From Candidatus Eiseniibacteriota bacterium (GTDB lineage Bacteria; Arandabacterota; Arandabacteria; Arandabacterales; Arandabacteraceae), in the NCBI GenBank assembly GCA_043810925.1, contig JBDRNT010000017.1, positions 1 to 21,996 on the forward strand: a stretch of 21,996 bases of DNA. Direction: 5' to 3'. The position numbers and the translations under genes were made by a program. Shown in pieces: positions 1 through 6,289 of the stretch (position 1 is its first letter; each line of letters opens with the position of its first letter). Below the pieces are notes generated by a model. It worked only from the letters and a program-made list of their open reading frames with translations. It was not told where the DNA came from and did not search any database.

Positions 1-18
1 CCATTGAGCTACCGAGGA
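1..18 (-). tRNA. 5' end of a tRNA (truncated by window edge), most likely tRNA-Asn
   Basis: Minus strand reads TCCTCGG-TA-GCTC-AATGG: 7-nt acceptor arm, U8-A9, D-stem and D-loop GG. A TCC- start is typical of bacterial tRNA-Asn. The anticodon is outside the window, so identity is inferred. Confidence 0.7.
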
Positions 19-119
19 ACCAGTCTATATGAACCGCACTGCCAAGCGTCTGGTTTAAGGGCAACCGTCCGTGGTCGCCCGGTGCCGGGGCACTCTGGGC
101 CTCCTGCGCACGTAAATGA

Positions 120-148
120 ATGATAGTGGATGATGCGAACACTGTCAA
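120..148 (-). promoter_or_regulatory. sigma70-type promoter (proximal, P2) upstream of the tRNA
   Basis: Minus strand TTGACA (148-143), 17-nt spacer, TATCAT (125-120); predicted TSS ~113. Confidence 0.75.
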
Positions 149-385
149 GGGTGCGCTTCTGAATGAGATCGCCGCGCTTCGCCCGCGATGACGTGGACTC
201 CTTTGGAGGCTCGCAGTTACACCGGGCGGTCATCTCGCGCAGGGACCGGACGCTACACATAGAATAGGGCCGTCGCCAGTGGTCAGCCGGCGGCGGCCGT
301 TCCCCGCTTTTATCAGGCTGGCGCCTAATCAAAGCATGGTTCGCACTCGTGCGCCTTCTAGTTACAGAACACGCAAGACTTGCGC

Positions 386-414
386 ACGATACCACAATTG
401 ACGCAGAAAGTCAA
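386..414 (-). promoter_or_regulatory. sigma70-type promoter (distal, P1)
   Basis: Minus strand TTGACT (414-409), 17-nt spacer ending TGG, TATCGT (391-386), i.e. an extended -10; predicted TSS ~379. Confidence 0.6.
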
Positions 415-443
415 TGAAAACAGCTAGTGCGACATCGTGTTGG

Positions 444-1757
444 CTACCGCGTCGCCTCCTTGAGCGGACTTCGCTCTGAGAGATGAAGGACCTCATCATA
501 GCCGATCATGTCCATGAAACCGTGGCCGCTTATGTTGAACGCTATGACCTTCTTCTCTCCTGTCTTCTTGCACTTCAGGGCCTCGTCTATCGCACATGCG
601 ATACTGTAGGCAGACTCTGGTGCAGGCAGGAAGCCCTCGGCGCGACAGAATTTCTCAGCCATCTCGAAGACATACTTCTCATCCTGCGGATAGGCAACCG
701 TGTCGATGTGCCCGGTCTTCCTCAGGAGGCTCAGGATCGGGGAGCAGCCGTGATACCGGAGCCCGTCTCCCATTATAGGCGGGAAATCCGTCTGATGTCC
801 AAGCGTATACATCTTAAGCTGTGGAGTCAACTCCCCGTGATCTGCGTAATCGTACTTGTACTCGCCCTGAAGATTGGGAGCCGCCATACTCTGAGCCGCG
901 ATAAACTTGATCTTCTTGCCCTTTGTTAGAACATCACCAACAAAGGGAAGCGCGAATCCACCGAAGTTGCTTCCTCCACCGAGACATGAGATAACCAGAT
1001 CCGGATACTCGCCGACCTTCTCAAATTGCTTCTGAGTTTCCAGACCTATTATGCTCTGATGTATCAAAACGTGATTCAAGACCGAACCGAGTCCATAGGC
1101 CGCCTTGGGATCCGCCGCTGCTTCGAGACCTTCGGATATGGCGATACTCAGCGAGCCGGGATGGTCGTTGTCTTTATCATATAGTCCCTTGCCGATCTTC
1201 GTGTTGGGACTTGGCGAGGCAAAGACCTCCGCCCCGAAGAGATTCATGAAGTTGCGCCGTGACTTCTTCCACCGGTATACCGCACGTACCCAGTAGACCG
1301 TGCACTTAAGACCGACCATCGAGCAGGCGTAAGAGAGCGCTGTCCCCCACTGGCCGGCACCCGTCTCGGTCGTGAGCCTCTCGATACCCTGCTCCTTCGC
1401 ATAGTAAGCCTGAGCCAGCGCGGTGTTCACCTTATGGCTTCCGGTAGGACTGTAGAACTCACTCTTATAGTACATTCTGGCGGGAGTCCCAAGCGCCTGC
1501 TCAAGCGCCTTTGCGCGGAAGAGGGGTCTGGGCCGACCCGCCCTCGCATAAAGATCAAGTATCCCCTGCGGAATATCAATCCAGCTCTCCTGTGACATCT
1601 CCTGTTCAAGACACTTGTGGATCATCAGGTTGGGCAGGGACTGGAGCTGCTCATCACCAATCGGAGGCGGGAGAGGCTCCGGCAGGTCAGGTATGATGTT
1701 ATACCACTGACGGGGCATCTCATCGAGTGTCAATCGCACTTGCAAAGTTTCAGCCAT
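444..1757 (-). CDS. trpB2: TrpB2-type tryptophan synthase beta-like PLP enzyme (stand-alone, no trpA adjacent)
   Basis: Motifs WYNI, SPTGSHKVNTA (PLP lysine), TTETGAGQWG, GSVLNHV, GGGSNF, GLRYHG, PAPES, NISGHG. Start placed at ATG 1757 (MAETLQ) behind SD GAGGAGG, not at 1922. Confidence 0.93.
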   Translation of the reverse strand: MAETLQVRLTLDEMPRQWYNIIPDLPEPLPPPIGDEQLQSLPNLMIHKCLEQEMSQESWIDIPQGILDLYARAGRPRPLFRAKALEQALGTPARMYYKSEFYSPTGSHKVNTALAQAYYAKEQGIERLTTETGAGQWGTALSYACSMVGLKCTVYWVRAVYRWKKSRRNFMNLFGAEVFASPSPNTKIGKGLYDKDNDHPGSLSIAISEGLEAAADPKAAYGLGSVLNHVLIHQSIIGLETQKQFEKVGEYPDLVISCLGGGSNFGGFALPFVGDVLTKGKKIKFIAAQSMAAPNLQGEYKYDYADHGELTPQLKMYTLGHQTDFPPIMGDGLRYHGCSPILSLLRKTGHIDTVAYPQDEKYVFEMAEKFCRAEGFLPAPESAYSIACAIDEALKCKKTGEKKVIAFNISGHGFMDMIGYDEVLHLSERSPLKEATR

Positions 1758-1893
1758 TATGACCTCCTCGGAAGGTGCTGATAGAAGCACATACCAATAC
1801 GCAAGGTAAACCTCGTTCTCAAAGAGAAACCGTACCAGGGGTTGCGCACGCTGGTGCGCCCTTACCCTGAGCTTCACCCGAAGCTCAGCATGG

Positions 1894-1922
1894 AATCTAC
1901 CATGAGGAACCGCAAGAGTCAA
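1894..1922 (-). promoter_or_regulatory. sigma70-type promoter for trpB2
   Basis: Minus strand TTGACT (1922-1917), 17-nt spacer ending TGG, TAGATT (1899-1894); TSS ~1887, giving a ~130-nt leader. Confidence 0.6.
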
Positions 1923-2003
1923 GCTTGGCCACGCCGGCCACGGGTGCGTATCGACCGCAGCTCACCTTTTTTTCATAAGTGTAATATTTGTTGTATTTTT
2001 AGC

Positions 2004-2032
2004 TTGCGCTCTTATTGGGGTATTGTTATCTT
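2004..2032 (+). promoter_or_regulatory. sigma70-type promoter for the lipoprotein gene/leader RNA
   Basis: TTGCGC (2004-2009), 17-nt spacer, TG-n-TATCTT (2027-2032), with an AT-rich UP-like tract at ~1967-2001; TSS ~2039. Confidence 0.6.
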
Positions 2033-2038
2033 AATTGC

Positions 2039-2123
2039 GGGCGGGTCCTAAGGAGCGTGACGGGCGAGGAACTCGCAGCTCTGCTTCCACACCTTAATGC
2101 CCTACTTCCTTACGGACCTGCCC
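2039..2123 (+). ncRNA. Candidate structured leader RNA or sRNA, family unrecognised
   Basis: GGGCGGGTCC-TAAGGAG (2039-2055) pairs with TTCCTTA-C-GGACCTGCCC (2106-2123). Inner GTG/TAC and GGGC/GCCC pairs extend the stem. It begins at the predicted TSS. Confidence 0.4.
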
Positions 2124-2234
2124 TTTGCTATATCCACTCCGTTTTACCGCACATGGTTAAACCCCCAAGTGTCGAAGTAGATAGAGAAAGGCTTTGGTTT
2201 CGATCCCACAACTCAACAACTGGAGGTGACGTGA

Positions 2235-3260
2235 ATGAGACCGATCCACTTCCTCGTGGTCGCTCTTACGGTCGGCCTGCTGGCAGGGTGTGAGATGCTC
2301 AGGCCTGACAGCAGCTACATCGACCAGACACCCGATCTTGGTGAATACGGGGGCTACACACTTAACGATGAGGCCCCCGGATTCGGAGATCTCGATCTGG
2401 TTTCAGGTTATCCGGATGACCAGCCGTTTGATGATGATATGGAAGATCATCCGGAAGTCAGGAACACCACGAGAAACGAACGCGCGAAGCACTACTCTTT
2501 GAGGATCGTCTGGGGAAATCTCGGGAGACGGGATAGCACCGTGAGCGTGGGCGAGGATTGCCCGGTCACAGACTGGTCGGGCTCGCTGACGGTGGATGGC
2601 GGAGTGGTGACCGTAAGACGGCTCATCCGGTTCGACCACGGTGACTATATCGTGAGACCGCGACCCGGCCCGCGAGAGGTTCAGTGGGTATCTTACACAC
2701 AACCGCATCTCGGCGGCATTGTCTTCCACATCAGACACATACCCAGGGCCACGACTGCAGACACAGAGGCCGCAGTTACAATCAGAACTCCCCTGTACAC
2801 CGCGAGGATACCGCTTGAGGACCTTGAAGACTACAGGGAGTTTGTGATCTACAATGACTGTAACAAGGTCTCCGTCGTTGCCACCGAGACTACGCCTTCC
2901 CATTGTCCCCGAGGCTTCCTGGAAGGAGAATGGATCGCAGAGACAGACACCTCGGGTCACTTCAAAGGCGTTTGGATCGGCGATAAGGGCGGACTCACTG
3001 GCCATGTACGAGGAAAGTTCACGATTCGAGACGGCCGCAGGGTTCTTTTCGGCAAACTGATAGGCAGATCCGGCGCCTTCGAGGCCTTACTCAGAGGAAC
3101 CTGGACTCCACTTCGCGTCGAGACCGGCCCTGACGGCTACTTCGAAGGCCGCTGGGTCAATGAAGATCTCGATGTGAAGGGTTTCTTCAGAAGCCACTAC
3201 TGCTTATGCGAGGATGGTCAGGGGTTTTTCCATGGACGGTGGGTAGAAGCCTGCCGGTGA
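2235..3260 (+). CDS. Uncharacterised lipoprotein (341 aa) with C-terminal Gly/aromatic beta-strand repeats
   Basis: SD GGAGGTGA; signal peptide II with lipobox LLAG-C19; acidic linker; repeated G-x-[FL]-x-G-x-W-like motifs at the C-terminus. Confidence 0.85.
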   Translation: MRPIHFLVVALTVGLLAGCEMLRPDSSYIDQTPDLGEYGGYTLNDEAPGFGDLDLVSGYPDDQPFDDDMEDHPEVRNTTRNERAKHYSLRIVWGNLGRRDSTVSVGEDCPVTDWSGSLTVDGGVVTVRRLIRFDHGDYIVRPRPGPREVQWVSYTQPHLGGIVFHIRHIPRATTADTEAAVTIRTPLYTARIPLEDLEDYREFVIYNDCNKVSVVATETTPSHCPRGFLEGEWIAETDTSGHFKGVWIGDKGGLTGHVRGKFTIRDGRRVLFGKLIGRSGAFEALLRGTWTPLRVETGPDGYFEGRWVNEDLDVKGFFRSHYCLCEDGQGFFHGRWVEACR

Positions 3261-3327
3261 TTCGCCCGGCGCTAAGGCCCGATCCAGCGGCCACAGCGAC
3301 CCGACGCAACATGGGCATATAAAGACC

Positions 3328-3365
3328 GAGGCAGCGAGGGTAGCCTCCTTCGCTGCCTTCTTCTT
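3328..3365 (+). terminator. Probable intrinsic terminator after the lipoprotein gene
   Basis: GAGGCAGCGAGGG / CCTTCGCTGCCTT 13-bp stem (with G-U pairs) followed by CTTCTT; lies between convergent genes. Confidence 0.6.
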
Positions 3366-3520
3366 GCCGCTTCGCTTCAGAGCGAACCCGCCACCTCGGC
3401 ACCGAACTCTACTCACAAAGCCCCTAACCGACAAGTGGGGAAATCCTCGCAACTGTCAGCCGCCGGGCCGCCCGGGAAGTGCCTTCAAGCGAGCCTGATC
3501 GCGAGGAGAGAGACCCGACG

Positions 3521-4834
3521 CTACAGGGGTGGATAACACGGGGCGAGGAGTTCGACGACGTGCATTACCTTCTGGGGGAGCCCGCTTCGCGTCAGCACAT
3601 CCTCGAGCTGCATGATACAGCTCGGGCATGATGTCGCAACAATGTCCGCGGCTGTCGCCGCGACGTAACTCGCTTTCCTTCTGCCGATCTCCTTTGAGAT
3701 ATCAGGATGAGTAAAACTGAACATACCGCTGCCGCCACAGCAGCGATCCGCTTCCTCCATCTCGATCAGATTAACATACGGGATCATCTGAAGCAGTTTG
3801 CGCGGTGCATCGGTTATCTCCTGACCCCGGCTAAGGTGACACGGATCGTGATAGGTGACATTCACTGTGCTGTGGCGTTCGTTATCGCACCTGGTCGTGA
3901 CATGTTCCGCAAGGAACTCACAGATGTCATAGATCCTGACTCCAAACGGGTTCTTCTTGAAACCGAGGATCTTCTCGTAATCACTCTTCAGTGCCACCCC
4001 GCCTGATGCACACGCTATCACAATCCCATCCAGCGTATAGGGCTCGAACGCTTTTATATTGTTAAGAGCAAGCTCCCTCGCAGTATGCCGGTCACCAGCG
4101 GTGTAAACCGGCACACCGCAGCAGCCCTGGTTTTTGGGGAGCACCACCTCTATCCCCTCACCACCAAGTATCCTCAGGACGGCCTTTCCCACATTGGTGT
4201 AAATCAGGTTGGTCGCGCACCCCACGAAGAAACCTACACGCATTCGCGGCTTGCCCTTGGGACTTACGATCTCACCGTATTCATCCATCAGTGTGCGTTC
4301 GGCAAAGATCGGTAGGACCCTGTTCCTGTCGACCTTGACCATGGGCAGGAGTATGCGATACGGGCTTGATTGCGGAAGGCATCGGAGTATCTTTCTTTCA
4401 ACAAATGCCAGTGCCTTACTCACGGGCGGAAGGAGTTTACCCCTCTTGAGCAGGTGCCTGAACACGAGTTTCTTGAGTAACGGGAACCGTCCCCGATTGA
4501 ATATCTCCGCCCTCGCTGCAAGTATAAGCTCGTCAACCTTGATTCCGCTGGGACACGCCTCCATACACGACTTGCAGTTCAGGCACTTCGACAACCGATC
4601 GCTGAAGGTGCGGCTGAGCTGAAGATCACCCGCAACGAGTGCTTCAACCAGCGCAATCTTGCCCCGCGCACACCCTGACTCATCCACAACCTCCGCAAAC
4701 ACCGGGCAGACCGAACGGCAGAGACCGCACTTGAGACATCTCTCTATTTCGGGGGCTACGGTTTCGACCGTGTTGTACCTGGCCCCATCAGCCGTTGTTC
4801 CAAAGAGATCTAACTGGCTGGAATCAGTTGTCAT
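3521..4834 (-). CDS. glcF: GlcF-like Fe-S oxidoreductase (two [4Fe-4S] motifs plus two CCG domains)
   Basis: CLKCGLCRSVCP and CLNCKSCMEACP ferredoxin motifs; GCCG, YHDPCHL, RCCGGSG and TSCPSCIMQL CCG-domain motifs; overlaps the upstream glcD-like gene by 11 nt. Substrate not established. Confidence 0.85.
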   Translation of the reverse strand: MTTDSSQLDLFGTTADGARYNTVETVAPEIERCLKCGLCRSVCPVFAEVVDESGCARGKIALVEALVAGDLQLSRTFSDRLSKCLNCKSCMEACPSGIKVDELILAARAEIFNRGRFPLLKKLVFRHLLKRGKLLPPVSKALAFVERKILRCLPQSSPYRILLPMVKVDRNRVLPIFAERTLMDEYGEIVSPKGKPRMRVGFFVGCATNLIYTNVGKAVLRILGGEGIEVVLPKNQGCCGVPVYTAGDRHTARELALNNIKAFEPYTLDGIVIACASGGVALKSDYEKILGFKKNPFGVRIYDICEFLAEHVTTRCDNERHSTVNVTYHDPCHLSRGQEITDAPRKLLQMIPYVNLIEMEEADRCCGGSGMFSFTHPDISKEIGRRKASYVAATAADIVATSCPSCIMQLEDVLTRSGLPQKVMHVVELLAPCYPPL

Positions 4835-6200
4835 AGAACATCTTCCCCGGATTCATGATGCTACCGGGATCGAGCGAACCCTTCAGTCTCTTCATAATCT
4901 CATAGCCGGCTTCCCCGACCTCCAACTTGAGAAACGGCATCTTGTCCACACCGATGCCATGCTCACCCGAGATCGTCCCCCCAAGATCTATTGAGGCGCC
5001 CATCATCTCGGCTATGGCTGCCTCCACCCGCTTAAGCTCACCCGGGTCCCTGCGGTCTGTAAGAAAAGTCGGGTGGATATTGCCATCACCAGCATGACCG
5101 AAGACTGCAACCCCAACGTCGTACTTGTCGGCAATCCTCGCTATCTTGTTGACCATGTCGGGCAGCATGCTCCGCGGCACCGTCACGTCCTCAAGGATCA
5201 CGCTCGTACAGAGGCGCGTCAGTGCGGGCAGCGCGGCACGCCTCGCTTCCCACAGTTTTGCGCTCTTCTTGCCCTTCACGTCATCCTCGATAGCGCCACC
5301 TTGCCGGGCATTGAGTATTTCTATAGCCCTGGATGCTTCTTCTTCACACAGGGATTTCGCGCCGTCGAACTCCGCCAGGAGCAGAACTCCGTCACCAAGG
5401 CTCTCCTTGAGAAATGCTCCCACGGCCTCCACCGTCTTGTGGTCCATTATCTCAAGAATCGAGGGAACGAGACCGTTCGCTGTGATCTCGGCCACGGCTT
5501 CTGCGGCGCTTGTGATATCTTCAAACCTTCCAGCAATCATCCGTCTTGCCCGCGGAAGGGGTAGCAGCCTCAGGACGGCCGAGGTCACGATACCGAGCGT
5601 CCCTTCCGATCCGACCATCAGCCGGGTCACGTCATAACCTGCCACGCTCTTAACCGTCCTGGCACCAGTCCTCAGCAGTTTTCCCTCCGGGGTTACGATT
5701 TCCAGACCGAGCACATAGTTCTTGGTTGTCCCGTACTTAAGCCCCCTGAGGCCCCCTGCGCATTCCCCGATATTTCCCCCGATCGTACACGCCGCTTGAC
5801 TTGCCGGGTCCGGCGGGTAGAAGAGTCTCTTGGCTTCAACGTCACGCCGGAAATGCTCAGTCACGACGCCGGCTTCAACAATTGCGTAGAGGTCTTCCTT
5901 ATGGATGACGGCCGGCGAGTTCATTCTCTCCATGGAAACAACGATCCCGCCCTGGATCGGAACCGATCCACCCGATAGGCCTGTTCCGGCGCCTCGTGGT
6001 GTAACCGGTATCGTCTCCTCATAGGCAAGTGTAACAACTCCGGCAACCTCTTCGGATGATCTTGGCTTGACCACCGCGTGGGGCAATGACGTATAGCGCG
6101 TGGCATCGAAAGAGTAGCAAACAAGCGATTCCTGCTCTGTAAGGACATTCTCGGGGCCGACAATGCCCTTGAGGATTTCAACTACTCCGGGATCGATCAT
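4824..6200 (-). CDS. glcD: GlcD-like FAD-binding 2-hydroxyacid (glycolate/D-lactate) oxidoreductase subunit
   Basis: PRGAGTGLSGG FAD loop, YPPDPAS, TIGGN, KYGTT, GSEGTLG, GHAGDGNIH, SGEHGIG, NPGK; SD GGGGAG. Confidence 0.88.
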   Translation of the reverse strand: MIDPGVVEILKGIVGPENVLTEQESLVCYSFDATRYTSLPHAVVKPRSSEEVAGVVTLAYEETIPVTPRGAGTGLSGGSVPIQGGIVVSMERMNSPAVIHKEDLYAIVEAGVVTEHFRRDVEAKRLFYPPDPASQAACTIGGNIGECAGGLRGLKYGTTKNYVLGLEIVTPEGKLLRTGARTVKSVAGYDVTRLMVGSEGTLGIVTSAVLRLLPLPRARRMIAGRFEDITSAAEAVAEITANGLVPSILEIMDHKTVEAVGAFLKESLGDGVLLLAEFDGAKSLCEEEASRAIEILNARQGGAIEDDVKGKKSAKLWEARRAALPALTRLCTSVILEDVTVPRSMLPDMVNKIARIADKYDVGVAVFGHAGDGNIHPTFLTDRRDPGELKRVEAAIAEMMGASIDLGGTISGEHGIGVDKMPFLKLEVGEAGYEIMKRLKGSLDPGSIMNPGKMFYDN

Positions 6201-6228
6201 CAGGCACTCCCCTAAACCGCGACCATAG

Positions 6229-6260
6229 AAAAACGCAGCCTGGTTAAAACCTCAGGCTGC
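6229..6260 (-). terminator. Intrinsic terminator at the end of the ribosomal operon
   Basis: Minus strand GCAGCCTG-aggttttaac-CAGGCTGC (8-bp stem) followed by GTTTTTCT, 30 nt after the rplQ stop. Confidence 0.75.
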
Positions 6261-6264
6261 CGAA

Positions 6265-6285
6265 TTACATGATGGGTTCCTCCTT
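6265..6285 (-). promoter_or_regulatory. Shine-Dalgarno plus ATG-TAA start-stop minigene
   Basis: Minus strand AAGGAGG (6285-6279), 8-nt spacer, ATGTAA (6270-6265), 4 nt before the terminator stem. The sequence is directly visible; function is inferred. Confidence 0.5.
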
Positions 6286-6289
6286 GTGC

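Noticed and set aside
9-395. 128-aa minus-strand ORF
   Set aside because: No SD, starts inside promoter P1, crosses promoter P2 and overlaps the tRNA 5' end; composition is not protein-like.
1757-1890. T-box or classical trp attenuator upstream of trpB2
   Set aside because: No T-box antiterminator consensus, no tandem Trp codons, no hairpin with U-tract.
1758-1922. 55-aa N-terminal extension of TrpB2 in the ORF track
   Set aside because: Its TTG is the -35 box of the predicted promoter; the strong SD and family-typical start are at 1757.
2060-2106. Fluoride riboswitch-like words (GGCGAGG...TCGC...TAATG-CCCTAC)
   Set aside because: Lacks the GAUG core and the pseudoknot complementarity; downstream gene is not fluoride-related.
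1842-2293. Small plus-strand ORFs 1842-2051 and 2015-2293
   Set aside because: They run through promoters and the structured leader, and have no SD or recognisable content.
3187-3452. Short minus-strand ORFs in the convergent intergenic region
   Set aside because: No SD, overlap the terminator and lipoprotein 3' end, no recognisable motifs.
3521-6200. Selenocysteine or recoding in the GlcD/GlcF-like genes
   Set aside because: Both frames are continuous with no in-frame TGA, and the Cys motifs are intact.
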